Shown: positions 1 through 10,977, numbered from the stretch's first letter. The stretch is DNA of 64,000 bases from an uncultured Pseudomonadota bacterium (GCA_947307295.1 CAMZIQ010000002.1:8447-72446), one strand, 5' to 3'. Notes: generated by a model not told the origin, from the letters alone. A program made the numbers and translations.

Positions 1-103
1 TAATTTTTTAGCACTAGAACCCCATTCGCGCCCAAAAGGCAAACTCTGTACAGCCATAGTAGTAATATACATCTGTAATTTTTTATCCAAATTAACAATG
101 CCG

Positions 104-1360
104 CTATTCATTCCGCAACACCTCAACAGGATCTGTATTAGCCGCTTTCCATGCAGGATACAAAGTTGCCAAAAACGCCAACACAATCGCGATTACCGCA
201 ATACTTATAACAGTAGACGGAACAAGTTTTGATGGCAATTCAGACAAAGAATATAATTCAGCAGGAAACAAATCATGTCCTGTAATAAATTGGAAAAACT
301 TTCTGATTGGTTCAATGTATATAGCAACAATCACCCCTAACAAAGTTCCAAAAGTCGCGCCAATTATGCCAATTGAAGTTCCCGACAAAATAAATATCTT
401 CATCATAGATTTACGCGATACACCAAAAGTACGCAATACCGCAATGTCTTTATTTTTATCTTTGACCAACATAACGAGCGAAGAGATAATATTAAACGCA
501 GCGACAATTACTATTAATAATAAAATCAAAAACATAACACTTGATTCAACTTGAAGCGCGCCAACAAATCCCCGATTTAAATCACGCCAATCACGCACAA
601 TAAAACCATCTGGCAACAAAGCATCCAATGCTTTGACAACCCTTTCGCTTTCTTCTGCATCAGTCAAGAACAAATCAATATGAGTGACTGAATTTTCAAT
701 ATTCAAATATTTTTGTGCAGTGCTTAATGGCATAAAAATATAACCAGAATCATATTCATACATTCCCATAAAAAACGAAGAAACCGCCGGATACGCCATA
801 ATCCGTGGCATAGTTCCAAAAGGTGTCGCAGTCCCACCATTTGCAGATATCAATGAAACTTTATCACCACTAGTCACACGCAAATTTCGCGACAAAGTCG
901 AACCAATTATCAATTCACCATCTTGAATTTTATCTAAACTTTTACCATATATGCGCGTTCCGTTTTTCGTCTTAGAAATCAAATCAGGAATACGAATACC
1001 ACGCACCATCGCCCCAGAATTATTACCATTAGCAGATGCCATTATTTGTCCTTCGGCAATTGGGACTATGGATACAGTATATTTTTCTACAACTTTATTT
1101 TGACGCATTTTATCCATCAAAAAATCATAATCTGAAATCGTTCCATTTTGATGATAAACGACCACATGCCCATTCATACCAATAATTCGCGAAAGCAATG
1201 TATCATGAAATCCGCCCATAACAGACATCACAACTATTAATGTCGCAACACCAAGTGTGATACCAATCAAAGAAACCCACGAAATCACCGAACCAAAACC
1301 ACGCTTTTTTGCACGTAAATATCTAAAAGCAATTTTCTTTTCAAGATTAGAAAACAACAT
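104..1360 (-). CDS. Lipoprotein-releasing ABC transporter permease, LolC/LolE family
   Basis: 418-aa ORF with an N-terminal TM, a large periplasmic loop and a C-terminal FtsX-type TM bundle. The tail YPAWKAANTDPVEVLRNE is typical of LolC/E. Confidence 0.8.
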   Translation of the reverse strand: MLFSNLEKKIAFRYLRAKKRGFGSVISWVSLIGITLGVATLIVVMSVMGGFHDTLLSRIIGMNGHVVVYHQNGTISDYDFLMDKMRQNKVVEKYTVSIVPIAEGQIMASANGNNSGAMVRGIRIPDLISKTKNGTRIYGKSLDKIQDGELIIGSTLSRNLRVTSGDKVSLISANGGTATPFGTMPRIMAYPAVSSFFMGMYEYDSGYIFMPLSTAQKYLNIENSVTHIDLFLTDAEESERVVKALDALLPDGFIVRDWRDLNRGFVGALQVESSVMFLILLLIVIVAAFNIISSLVMLVKDKNKDIAVLRTFGVSRKSMMKIFILSGTSIGIIGATFGTLLGVIVAIYIEPIRKFFQFITGHDLFPAELYSLSELPSKLVPSTVISIAVIAIVLAFLATLYPAWKAANTDPVEVLRNE

Positions 1361-1371
1361 CTTTTACCCCA

Positions 1372-2715
1372 CTATTCATTTAAAAAATCACGCAATTCAT
1401 CACCAGAAAGCGGTGTTGCAGATTTAACATTGTTCGTATCTACAATAGAAATCAAACGTGGCGACATAAATACAACCAATTCAGCAAACGGAGATATCAA
1501 AGTTTCTGGCGTAGTCACAAACGAATGTGTTGGTATGCCAACGATTACATAATTATCACCAACATTCGAAGGTATTGTAAACGAAGATAATTCACCATTA
1601 CTTGTCGATAAAACTATTTTTGCATCAATCTTTTTATATCCGCCATAATCGCCATATTTACCAGTAGCACCGATAATTAAATCTGTTTCCAATCTGTCTT
1701 CTTTTCCACATTGACCGATATCAAATCTTGATTGCCAACCATTAGGCACAGCAAAAGTCCCTTGGGAAACCAAAACCATATTAGCCTGTCTTGATACAAA
1801 TTCTTGTAATGTTTTTGTGTTTATCTCTGGACTTACGACCAATGCGCGACCAACGACCCCAGGAATAGACATTCTTATATTTTTTTCACCAAACGCAGGC
1901 AACATATTCATCCAAACAATTGCGCTATCAGTTTTTGGATACACACGGTACACATCAACATCCCACGCCAAAACATATTTCTTTGACGCGACATCAGCAA
2001 TTATCTTTGAAACTTCACGTTCTGTTTGATAATCACCTTCGAAAACAAGGGTTTTATCTTGCCAATTAACCAACAAATTAGAAATATCAGCACCACGCAT
2101 AGCATCCAATATAGCCATTATCATAGTTTCATCTTTTGGCATCTTTATCATCCATTTACCACGACCAGTTAAATGAATTTCCCCAAACTCTTTATCATAA
2201 GAATAATAAATCCGCCCCATTTTTGTCATCAATTCCACAGCATCAGATAATGACCCTGTGGAAATTGTACCAGATATTTTTTCAAAAGTAGCCTGGTCTT
2301 CAATTATTGTTATATCCGTATCAGCCAACAATTTTTCCAACGCATCTTTAACATACAATCTTTTAAATTCATAATCTGACACTTTTAAATCTGGCAAAGC
2401 ATCACCCGTATCCAAACGCACAATTTCTATCTTTTCTTCGGGAACAACAGTCACGACGCTCTGATTATCCCAATTCACAGTACATCTTTTTGGCAAATCC
2501 AGCGCAAAATGTTGAGCCGTATCAGTTGTCAAAGCCGCTTTTTTTGGAAAAATAGGCACAGAATTTTCATTTATTACAACACTTTCGACAACATTAACTG
2601 TATCATACAAAGGCTGTTGCCCCATTTGACTTTGATATCTTGCACACCCAGTCAAATTTAGCATACAAGCCCCGACACATAAAAAGATTATTTTTTGTAT
2701 TTTATTGTGTGCCAT
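1372..2715 (-). CDS. Outer-membrane lipoprotein with a secretin-like C-terminus (type IVb pilus PilN/BfpB/TcpC class?)
   Basis: 447-aa ORF with a signal peptide and lipobox (MLNLTG-C). The C-terminal block NYVIVGIPTHSFV...AELVVFMSPRLISIV resembles the conserved end of secretin domains. The match is divergent and judged by eye only. Confidence 0.45.
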   Translation of the reverse strand: MAHNKIQKIIFLCVGACMLNLTGCARYQSQMGQQPLYDTVNVVESVVINENSVPIFPKKAALTTDTAQHFALDLPKRCTVNWDNQSVVTVVPEEKIEIVRLDTGDALPDLKVSDYEFKRLYVKDALEKLLADTDITIIEDQATFEKISGTISTGSLSDAVELMTKMGRIYYSYDKEFGEIHLTGRGKWMIKMPKDETMIMAILDAMRGADISNLLVNWQDKTLVFEGDYQTEREVSKIIADVASKKYVLAWDVDVYRVYPKTDSAIVWMNMLPAFGEKNIRMSIPGVVGRALVVSPEINTKTLQEFVSRQANMVLVSQGTFAVPNGWQSRFDIGQCGKEDRLETDLIIGATGKYGDYGGYKKIDAKIVLSTSNGELSSFTIPSNVGDNYVIVGIPTHSFVTTPETLISPFAELVVFMSPRLISIVDTNNVKSATPLSGDELRDFLNE

Positions 2716-2750
2716 TTTCTTTCCTTTTTTATCTTTTGTTTATGATACTA

Positions 2751-3074
2751 TTAAATATTCATAATTTTTTCAAATTCTTCAAGTGTCATTTCATGTATAG
2801 GTTTTTGATTTGGGGTCACCAAATCTTTCACTTTTTCAAACTGTTTTTCAAACAAATCCATAACAGAAACAACTTCTGGTGGAATTTTGTCAGAAGATTT
2901 CTTTACCCTATGTCCATATTCTACAATATATTCTAAAACATCTGCAGCAAAAAAACGACCGACATAATTTTCCAGCGCAATCCCGCCTTTTTCAACGCAA
3001 ATTGCAGATAAAACCTTTGTCATTTCATTGTAAAAATTAGCCAATTTTACATAATTTTGAATTGATATTGCCAT
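2751..3074 (-). CDS. Hypothetical protein (107 aa)
   Basis: Clean ORF directly upstream of, and co-oriented with, the secretin-like gene. No recognisable motif. Confidence 0.5.
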   Translation of the reverse strand: MAISIQNYVKLANFYNEMTKVLSAICVEKGGIALENYVGRFFAADVLEYIVEYGHRVKKSSDKIPPEVVSVMDLFEKQFEKVKDLVTPNQKPIHEMTLEEFEKIMNI

Positions 3075-3148
3075 TATCTTTCCCCATCCTTTTTTTTACA
3101 TTATAAAAACTATTGCCACATAAACGCAATTAAATTATAATATAAAAT

Positions 3149-3529
3149 ATGAAAATGAAATATTTATTTTTTCTACTTGGCTTAGCAGCCTGTGCATCGG
3201 CTAATCGTGGCTCGATTGATGACGCTACTATTTTGAATTGGGAAAATGACGCTGTGACAACCGAACAATTCGTTCGCGATCATAAATCTTGTCTTGGAAT
3301 CAAAGAAAAAAGTTATGTCCCGCGTTCAAGACTCGCCAAATTATTATCTCCAAATCAAAGCGCCCAGATGCCTGATTGGGATGGATTATGGGTGACATTT
3401 CAATCTAATGAATATCGCGATGTTGGGCAACGCGCATTGCTTTCCGTACCACCAAACACAGCATCTAAAACGGTTGGATATTATCGTAAGTGTATGTTAA
3501 GACGCGGTTATTTATTGCGCGGAAAATAA
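3149..3529 (+). CDS. Hypothetical lipoprotein (126 aa)
   Basis: Signal peptide with lipobox (LGLAA-C). No other motif recognised. Confidence 0.55.
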   Translation: MKMKYLFFLLGLAACASANRGSIDDATILNWENDAVTTEQFVRDHKSCLGIKEKSYVPRSRLAKLLSPNQSAQMPDWDGLWVTFQSNEYRDVGQRALLSVPPNTASKTVGYYRKCMLRRGYLLRGK

Positions 3530-3578
3530 AATCATCATCTTGTTGGCTATTTGTTAAAAATGTGATATAATAAAAGAC

Positions 3579-4265
3579 ATGAAAAAATCCATACTATTTT
3601 GGTTTTATTTTGTTGTATCCATTATTTTGGCTGTATATTTTGCTGTCCGCATCATAACCAGCCAAATGGGGCGCGGTCCAATATCAACTGTAAAAAGCAT
3701 TGAAACATACGGTACGACTACCAAAGATGATGAAATCGTAAAACTTTCATTGGGAATTTCACCTGGAACCAGTCTACGTTCTGTGGATTTACATCAATTA
3801 AATTATCGTGTTTCTGGTATTCCCGGGGTAAAAAATTCTGCGGTACGCTTATTACCGAACGGTCATATCATCGTAAAAATTCAAAAGCACAAGGTCATAG
3901 CCACATGGACAGATGGCGCATATTATTATCCTTTATCCGCCGATGGCACTAAAATAGATACCCCAACAACAGAACGCAATGATAATTCCATTGTTTTTCA
4001 AGGGAATCTGCCAGATAATTTAACTGATATAATATCAAGTGTATCTTCAATATCAAAATACATTGATTATTTAAACATGGTGGAATCAAGACGTTGGAAC
4101 ATACATACTAAAAATGGGACTGTTATATATTTACCAGAAAAAGATCCTGCTGCTGCTATAAATAAAATAAAAGTATTAAACCAAACACATAAATTATTGG
4201 CACGCAAACTGGAAATCATAGACATGCGAGATACCGCTAGAATTTTGGTCAAAGAACAAAAATGA
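3579..4265 (+). CDS. ftsQ: Cell division protein FtsQ
   Basis: 228 aa with an N-terminal TM followed by a POTRA/FtsQ-type domain. It overlaps the downstream ftsA-like ORF by ATGA, giving the classical ftsQ-ftsA order. Confidence 0.75.
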   Translation: MKKSILFWFYFVVSIILAVYFAVRIITSQMGRGPISTVKSIETYGTTTKDDEIVKLSLGISPGTSLRSVDLHQLNYRVSGIPGVKNSAVRLLPNGHIIVKIQKHKVIATWTDGAYYYPLSADGTKIDTPTTERNDNSIVFQGNLPDNLTDIISSVSSISKYIDYLNMVESRRWNIHTKNGTVIYLPEKDPAAAINKIKVLNQTHKLLARKLEIIDMRDTARILVKEQK

Positions 4266-6046
4266 AATTATCTAATTCGTCTTTTTTATGCCTTGATATC
4301 GGAACATACGGCGTTCGCGGTTTTGCACATTGTATAAAAAATGCAAAAATCGTCCAATCTGCGATGCACTTTGTAAAAAACACCAATACTTTATTTGCCT
4401 TGAAAAGTGTCATTGATGAATTAGAACAAGAATTAAACACTCATTTTAATTCCGCCTTTATCACAGGTAATTTTGGAGAAATGGATTTTCGCACATTTTC
4501 CGATACAATTATATGGCGTGACGAACATAAAATTTCAGATTTAGATTTAAAACATCAGGTTGCAAAAATAACTAAACCCGAAGGGTTTTATTCGATGCAC
4601 ATTATTCCTGTATTTTATGGGACTCCGAATATACAAAACATAACGAATACACCTGTGGGGCATATTGACACAGAATTAAAATCTATATTTAGTGTCATTT
4701 CTTACAAAGAAGAACAAACACGATATATATCTGATATTTTACGTCGTGCACATATTCAATCTGGTGGTTTTTTTGATTCGACTTTTTTACAAAACGCTAT
4801 CTACAGAAAACCAAAAGAAAAGGTTTTATTCATTGATTTAGGCAACGAATTTACAACTGTTTCAATATGGACTATGCGTGGACCATTATATATGAATAAG
4901 ATTAAATTTGGTCAATTTGATATAACAAAAGCATTATCTGAAAATCTGGGGATAAATATTAACGATGCCGACACATTAAAAATATCTGTGGCCAGCGCGA
5001 CTCCTAATGAAATGGACAGGTTTACACCAGCAGATTCATCTGAAAAATTTGCTTCATTTTCTCGCGCAGATATTAACGACATATTTATTCCAAAACTATC
5101 AGAATTAATAGACATTATCCACGAACAATCTGATAAATATATAAACCAATATAAACCAGAAAAAATTATTTTAACTGGTGGTGGAACATCTATTAATAAT
5201 ATAAACACTTTTATTGAACGGGCGTTTGGTTTACCCATAGAAAATTTGGGCGATAGCGCCAGTCTTAATGCTTTATCAGAATATATATGGTTAAGTCACT
5301 TACCAGAACGTAATGCTTTTATTCAAAAACAACAAAAAATTGAAAATATCATTGAAAAAATAACCAAAATTTTTCACAAAAAAAAGCGCAAGAAAAAATC
5401 CAGATTTATCCCTATAATGCCCAGCACTCTGTGCTTTAACATGAACGATATAACAACATATACAATGTTTGCATCGGCTGGGATTTCAATGATACATGTT
5501 GATATAATGGACGGTTTTTATGTAGATAGAATTGCTGGTGGCATCGAAGAATTATCAAACATAAGAACAAAAACAAAATCTCACCTGCATGTTCATCTAA
5601 TGACGGAAAGTCCTTCGGTATGGGCGGCAGATGCGATAAACGCCGGTGCAGATACAGTTATAATTTCTACAAACACATCTGGTGTTCGCGAAGCAATCAA
5701 CATTGTAAAATCCGCTGGGAAAAGATGTGGTATCGCATTAAATCCTGATTCAAATATTGAAATATTAAAACCGGTATTAACACAAATCGATGAAATAATG
5801 GTGATGGCTGTAAAGCCTGGCGCTGCTGGTCAAGAATTTGATGAACGCGCACTTCAAAAAATAAAAATCTTAAACAATACGCGCAAAAAACACGGTCTTA
5901 AATATTTAATAAGTGTCGATGGTGGAATTAATCCAGATACTGCAAAATTATGTTGGGGTGCCGGCGCAGATTTATTGGTAAGTGGCTCTTATCTTGCAAA
6001 AGCACCAGATTTTCCATTAGCTGTGCAAAGTTTATTGAATCACTAA
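4262..6046 (+). CDS. ftsA: Single ORF encoding FtsA (aa 1-385) fused in frame to ribulose-phosphate 3-epimerase (aa 386-594)
   Basis: FtsA motifs: LCLDIGTYGVRG, FIDLGNEFTTVSIW, IILTGGGTSINN, and a basic amphipathic tail KIENIIEKITKIFHKKKRKKKS. No stop codon occurs before the Rpe part. Confidence 0.8.
   Translation: MKLSNSSFLCLDIGTYGVRGFAHCIKNAKIVQSAMHFVKNTNTLFALKSVIDELEQELNTHFNSAFITGNFGEMDFRTFSDTIIWRDEHKISDLDLKHQVAKITKPEGFYSMHIIPVFYGTPNIQNITNTPVGHIDTELKSIFSVISYKEEQTRYISDILRRAHIQSGGFFDSTFLQNAIYRKPKEKVLFIDLGNEFTTVSIWTMRGPLYMNKIKFGQFDITKALSENLGININDADTLKISVASATPNEMDRFTPADSSEKFASFSRADINDIFIPKLSELIDIIHEQSDKYINQYKPEKIILTGGGTSINNINTFIERAFGLPIENLGDSASLNALSEYIWLSHLPERNAFIQKQQKIENIIEKITKIFHKKKRKKKSRFIPIMPSTLCFNMNDITTYTMFASAGISMIHVDIMDGFYVDRIAGGIEELSNIRTKTKSHLHVHLMTESPSVWAADAINAGADTVIISTNTSGVREAINIVKSAGKRCGIALNPDSNIEILKPVLTQIDEIMVMAVKPGAAGQEFDERALQKIKILNNTRKKHGLKYLISVDGGINPDTAKLCWGAGADLLVSGSYLAKAPDFPLAVQSLLNH
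5417..6046 (+). CDS. rpe: Ribulose-phosphate 3-epimerase module, possibly translated independently from the internal ATG
   Basis: The 209 codons from ATG 5417 carry Rpe motifs: HVDIMDGFYV, HVHLM, MAVKPGAAGQEF, VDGGIN, SGSY. The +1 frame has TAATG at 5415-5419. Confidence 0.7.
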   Translation: MPSTLCFNMNDITTYTMFASAGISMIHVDIMDGFYVDRIAGGIEELSNIRTKTKSHLHVHLMTESPSVWAADAINAGADTVIISTNTSGVREAINIVKSAGKRCGIALNPDSNIEILKPVLTQIDEIMVMAVKPGAAGQEFDERALQKIKILNNTRKKHGLKYLISVDGGINPDTAKLCWGAGADLLVSGSYLAKAPDFPLAVQSLLNH

Positions 6047-6436
6047 TTTGCGACCCAACCCATTTTGCGTAATATAAACATGAATTGTATTTTTTGGTAA
6101 AATATCTTTGGCTATATCAGGCCATTCAATCAAAGTAATATCATTATCAATAGCATACTTTAACCCTATCTCTTCCAATTCAGAAACATCACATATTCTG
6201 TATAAATCAAAATGAGATATCCCATCATAGTTTTGAACCAAAGTAAAAGTCGGGCTTGGCACCACAGTATTTTCCCCACGCAAAGTTTTAATTATTTCAC
6301 GCGCAATTTCAGATTTTCCCATTCCTAAATCACCATGCAAAGCAACAGTCACCGGCGCATGCAAAGTCTTTGCGAATTCATGCGCCCATTTATGTGTTGC
6401 ATCTAAATCTTTCAAAACAAATTCTTTTTTATCCAT
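6032..6436 (-). CDS. tsaE: tRNA t6A37 biosynthesis ATPase TsaE (YjeE)
   Basis: P-loop GDLGMGKSEIAR, plus SPTFTLVQNY and HFDLYR. I chose the start at MDKKEF so the gene does not overlap uvrB. Confidence 0.8.
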   Translation of the reverse strand: MDKKEFVLKDLDATHKWAHEFAKTLHAPVTVALHGDLGMGKSEIAREIIKTLRGENTVVPSPTFTLVQNYDGISHFDLYRICDVSELEEIGLKYAIDNDITLIEWPDIAKDILPKNTIHVYITQNGLGRKLVIQ

Positions 6437-6437
6437 T

Positions 6438-8432
6438 TTATTCCACCAATAACAAATCATCTTCTAATTTATGAATTGCATCACGCAACTGTGCTGCTTG
6501 TTCAAATTCCAGGTCTTCAGCTGCCTTTTTCATGCGCTTGGTCAAAGTAGCGATTTCTTTGCGCAAGCTATTTGCATCCCAAACACCATCTTTATTATAA
6601 ACAAATTTTCTGGTTTTGTCAGTTTTTTCTTCTTTTTCTTTAACTTCTTCAAACACAGATTTTGATATAGTCTTTGGAACAATTCCGTGTTCAGCATTAT
6701 ACTGTTGTTGTTTTTTACGCCTGCGCGCAGTTTCATCCAGCGCAGCCTTCATAGATTCAGTTATCGTATCAGCGTATAAAATTACACGACCATTTGCATT
6801 TCTTGCAGCACGCCCAATTGTTTGAATAAGTGAACGTGTAGAACGCAAAAATCCTTCTTTGTCAGCATCCATAATAGCAACTAATTCACATTCTGGAACA
6901 TCCAAACCTTCACGTAAAAGATTTATACCAACCAAAACATCATATTTACCAAGACGTAAATCACGCAACAAATCTATTCTTTCCAGCGTTTCTATATCAG
7001 AATGTAAATATCGCGCCCTTAAACCATTTTCATTCATGTAATCTGTTAATTGTTCTGCCATTTTTTTTGTTAATGTAGTCACTATTACACGGCCTTTGGT
7101 GTTTTTTACCTCATTCAACAAATCATCAACTTGATGAGTTGTCGGACGAACATCACAAACCGGGTCTAATAATCCAGTTGGTCTTATAACTTGTTCTGAA
7201 ACAATTCCTTTTGATTGTTCTAATTCCCATTGTGCAGGCGTTGCAGAAACAAATATAGTCTGTGGACGCAACATATCCCATTCTTCAAAAGTCAATGGAC
7301 GATTATCTACACACGAAGGAAGTCTGAAACCATATTGAGCCAATGTTTCCTTACGCGCCCTGTCCCCACGCGCCATAGCGCCAATTTGTGGCACAGTCAC
7401 ATGACTTTCATCCAAAAATAAAATCGCATCTTTTGGTAAATATTCAAACAAAGTTGGCGGTGGCTGTCCCGGAAGTCGCCCAGTTAAATACCTAGAATAA
7501 TTTTCAATACCGCGACAAGTTCCAGTAGATTCCATCATTTCGATATCAAATCCGACACGTTCACGCAATCTTTGTTCTTCAACATATTTCATATTTTCAT
7601 GGAAAAAATTCAATCTTTCATCTAAATCTTTTCGAATATTTCCGATTGCTTGCAACACAGACGGCATAGGGGTTGCATAATGCGTATTTGGGTATACTGT
7701 AATTCTATCTAGTTTTTGTAATTTTCCACCAGTTAATGTATCTATTTCCCATATTTCATCTATCTCGTCACCAAAAAAAGATAATTTCCACGCCCTGTCC
7801 TGAGAATGCGAAGGAAATATATCCAAAGTATCACCACGCACACGAAAATCACCACGTGCAAAACCTATATCATTTCGTTTATATTGAATATCAACAAGGC
7901 TGCGCATAACATCTTTTTCAGATATTTTATCGCCAACATTTAAAACCAATTTCATTTCAGAATATTGTTCTGGTGAACCAATACCATAAATAGATGATAC
8001 AGAAGAAACAACTATGACATCCCTTTCTTCTAACATAGCACGCGTTGCAGAATGACGCATACGGTCCAGCTGTTCATTTATAGACGCATCTTTGTCAATA
8101 TATGTATCAGTCGTAGGAACATAAGCTTCTGGTTGATAATAATCATAAAAAGACACAAAATATTCCACATGATTATGCGGAAAAAAAGACTTCATTTCTG
8201 TATATAACTGTGCCGCCAGTATTTTATTAGGCGCCATTATCATCGTTGGTCGTGACAACTCTTGAATAACATTAGCCATTGTGAAAGTCTTACCAGACCC
8301 AGTCACCCCTAATAAAACCTGTGATTTACATCCATTTTTGACCCCAGCAACCAATTCAGCAATAGCCGTTGGTTGATCCCCCATCGGCGCATAATCAGAT
8401 TCCAAAGAAAATACACTTTTTACTTTTTTCAT
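6438..8432 (-). CDS. uvrB: Excinuclease ABC subunit B
   Basis: 664 aa with Walker [10 protein letters not shown], helicase motifs and a C-terminal UVR domain ([16 protein letters not shown]). Confidence 0.95.
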   Translation of the reverse strand: MKKVKSVFSLESDYAPMGDQPTAIAELVAGVKNGCKSQVLLGVTGSGKTFTMANVIQELSRPTMIMAPNKILAAQLYTEMKSFFPHNHVEYFVSFYDYYQPEAYVPTTDTYIDKDASINEQLDRMRHSATRAMLEERDVIVVSSVSSIYGIGSPEQYSEMKLVLNVGDKISEKDVMRSLVDIQYKRNDIGFARGDFRVRGDTLDIFPSHSQDRAWKLSFFGDEIDEIWEIDTLTGGKLQKLDRITVYPNTHYATPMPSVLQAIGNIRKDLDERLNFFHENMKYVEEQRLRERVGFDIEMMESTGTCRGIENYSRYLTGRLPGQPPPTLFEYLPKDAILFLDESHVTVPQIGAMARGDRARKETLAQYGFRLPSCVDNRPLTFEEWDMLRPQTIFVSATPAQWELEQSKGIVSEQVIRPTGLLDPVCDVRPTTHQVDDLLNEVKNTKGRVIVTTLTKKMAEQLTDYMNENGLRARYLHSDIETLERIDLLRDLRLGKYDVLVGINLLREGLDVPECELVAIMDADKEGFLRSTRSLIQTIGRAARNANGRVILYADTITESMKAALDETARRRKKQQQYNAEHGIVPKTISKSVFEEVKEKEEKTDKTRKFVYNKDGVWDANSLRKEIATLTKRMKKAAEDLEFEQAAQLRDAIHKLEDDLLLVE

Positions 8433-8496
8433 ATCATTTTTTTATTCACATATACTAATATAATCCATTATAATAAAAATACAAGGAAAGAGAAAC

Positions 8497-10968
8497 ATGC
8501 ACAAAAAAAACACATTTCTACACAAAATAATATGGTTTTTTGCCTTTATATTGGCATTAACAGCTTTGGCAGTTGTAATAGTTCCACCAATGGTTAACCT
8601 GAATGTCCTTAAACCAAAGATAGAAAACATCATTTTAACGGAAACTGGTATCCCTGCCAAAATAAATGGAAACATAAATTTCAGCCTTATGGGAAAAACC
8701 ACGATTGTTGCTCATGATATAAGTGTTCCTAATGGCAGCATAGAATATTGTAAATTTGCAATTCCGTTTTTTGACATATTTAATTTAAAAGATGCTAAAA
8801 TATCTGGAAATATTTCTGTGTCTGGCGCTTCTTTGTTCATAGAAAAACTGGTTCCTTTTAGAACAAAAAATGAAATCAAAGTTTCTGATTCCAAAATACA
8901 ATTCCTTAACAAAGAATATAATATAATTGATGCTACATTATTAAACCGCGATATCACGGCTGTTGTTCGCACAGACCAACACAAATACGAAATCAAATCT
9001 CACAAAAATTCATTCACAATAAAAAATAAAAATAATGATTTAGAATTGTCTGGCAGATTATATCCAGATGGTACTGCAAAAGCACATATTGAAATCACAG
9101 CCCAAAATATAAACAGATGGTTTGAATTTGAAAAGCCTCGCATCTCGGGTCATTTTCCAATTAGTGCTAATTTATTCTGGGATGGTGGATACGGTGTAAA
9201 ATTCACTAACATATCTGCAAATGGCGTGACTGGCATGGTAGATTTAAAAGACAATGGATATAAAATAATCAAATTATATTCTAATTCTGCAAATTATGAT
9301 ATGTCTTTTTTACTGTATAACACAGATATTTTGCAAAATGCATCTTTTGATTTAGATTTTTATGGAAAACTGAAATTTGCAGATAATGATTTTAAACACA
9401 TAAAAATCATTACTGTTGGTTCTGATAAAGAAATCAAAATTGATACAATCGTTGCAGATAATTTACATATTCACGGTGGAACAATTGATAAAGATGGTGC
9501 GCATAATTTACACGTCACATTACCAGAAAACGGTGTAAAAACAACATGCCTTTTTAATGGAACACCATCTGTTTGGTCTTGTGATAATTTTTCATACGGC
9601 GATACTGTATCAGGAAAATTAAATGTAGATAAAAATCATTTTGAAATAGATATTACTTCATCTGTACCTTTTTCTGATATAAAAAATGTCGTATCTTTGG
9701 CACGAAAACTTGGCAACAAAGGAACTGTTAAATTTGATTGTCCAGATATGAACGGAATAATTTACATAGACAAAGATAAACATTCTGTGTCTTATAGTCG
9801 CCTTAGCGCAAAATCTTTGGATTGGGCAAACATTGATTTACCATTTATCCCAGATTTTATGCGCAAAGAAAATGGTGATTTTATTTGGACCAAAGATTCT
9901 ATGAATTTTATTTCAGAATCAAAACAATGGCAATTATCAACAACCAAAGACTTTTTTATAATTCATGGCAACAATTTAAAAACTTGGTTTCCAAATGCAG
10001 AACTGCAATTTCTGCATGATTTACCATATATAATATCTGGCAATTATAAAAAAGGAACTATATCTGATTTAACATTAGAAATGGCTCAACATAAATTTAC
10101 AGGCACAGCTACAGATAAATTGATAACATTAAAAACAGATGTTCTTAATTTGGATTATTTCATAGATTCTTACTTTAAAAATAATTTTGAAGAACTATCG
10201 TTTTTTGTACCAGAACCAATAACTGTAGCTTTTGATTTAAATAAAAACATCGCTTTGTCTGCTAATGCGCTGATTTATAATTATCAAAAATACAATAATT
10301 TTGTATATTCTTTGCATGACAATGTACAAACATTTTCTATCACAGATTCTAATCGTGGAAATATATTGGCTACCATAAAAAAACACAATGCAAAATACGC
10401 ATTAAATATACAATTAAACAAATTTGTTTTTGATAAAAAATTATTATCACAAAACATGCCATTAAATCTTTCAGATACAACAATCACAGCAGAAATAAAA
10501 CTGAATACTTCTGGTAAAATTGCACATGATTTTATTGATAATTTACATGGCACATTTGACGTGTCATTTTACGGTGGAAAATTATATGGGTTTGGTTTTG
10601 ATGATTTTTACGCTTCTGCAAAATATTTAACGATATTAAATAGTGAATATTTTCTATCAAATGCTTTAAGCAAAGGTGTCACAATCATAAAAAAAATGCA
10701 CATAACAGGAACATACGAAAGTGGAAATGTAAAGACCACAAAACCATTAACTTTATCAATGAAAAATGTTGATGCGTCTGGTGTTCTTGAAATTCAGAAC
10801 AATGAAATGATGGCTAATCTACATTTAATCTTACAAGGCACTTCTACAAGTCCAGAACCAATTGATGTACTTGTCCATCCGAATGATGCTCGTGATTTTT
10901 CTTTATCAGAAATCATGATACATTTTGATTCTGAATATATGAAAAATTTTGTTGAATCAAATAATTAA
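8497..10968 (+). CDS. AsmA-family outer-membrane biogenesis protein
   Basis: 823 aa with a single N-terminal TM (IIWFFAFILALTALAVVIV) and a long beta-rich periplasmic region. The N-terminal pattern is as in AsmA. Confidence 0.5.
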   Translation: MHKKNTFLHKIIWFFAFILALTALAVVIVPPMVNLNVLKPKIENIILTETGIPAKINGNINFSLMGKTTIVAHDISVPNGSIEYCKFAIPFFDIFNLKDAKISGNISVSGASLFIEKLVPFRTKNEIKVSDSKIQFLNKEYNIIDATLLNRDITAVVRTDQHKYEIKSHKNSFTIKNKNNDLELSGRLYPDGTAKAHIEITAQNINRWFEFEKPRISGHFPISANLFWDGGYGVKFTNISANGVTGMVDLKDNGYKIIKLYSNSANYDMSFLLYNTDILQNASFDLDFYGKLKFADNDFKHIKIITVGSDKEIKIDTIVADNLHIHGGTIDKDGAHNLHVTLPENGVKTTCLFNGTPSVWSCDNFSYGDTVSGKLNVDKNHFEIDITSSVPFSDIKNVVSLARKLGNKGTVKFDCPDMNGIIYIDKDKHSVSYSRLSAKSLDWANIDLPFIPDFMRKENGDFIWTKDSMNFISESKQWQLSTTKDFFIIHGNNLKTWFPNAELQFLHDLPYIISGNYKKGTISDLTLEMAQHKFTGTATDKLITLKTDVLNLDYFIDSYFKNNFEELSFFVPEPITVAFDLNKNIALSANALIYNYQKYNNFVYSLHDNVQTFSITDSNRGNILATIKKHNAKYALNIQLNKFVFDKKLLSQNMPLNLSDTTITAEIKLNTSGKIAHDFIDNLHGTFDVSFYGGKLYGFGFDDFYASAKYLTILNSEYFLSNALSKGVTIIKKMHITGTYESGNVKTTKPLTLSMKNVDASGVLEIQNNEMMANLHLILQGTSTSPEPIDVLVHPNDARDFSLSEIMIHFDSEYMKNFVESNN

Positions 10969-10977
10969 AAACAAAAA

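Noticed and set aside
1-57. A possible 5' end of a minus-strand gene leaving the window (MAVQSLPFGREWGSSAKKL...).
   Set aside because: Only 19 codons are visible and they contain no recognisable motif, so the call cannot be supported.
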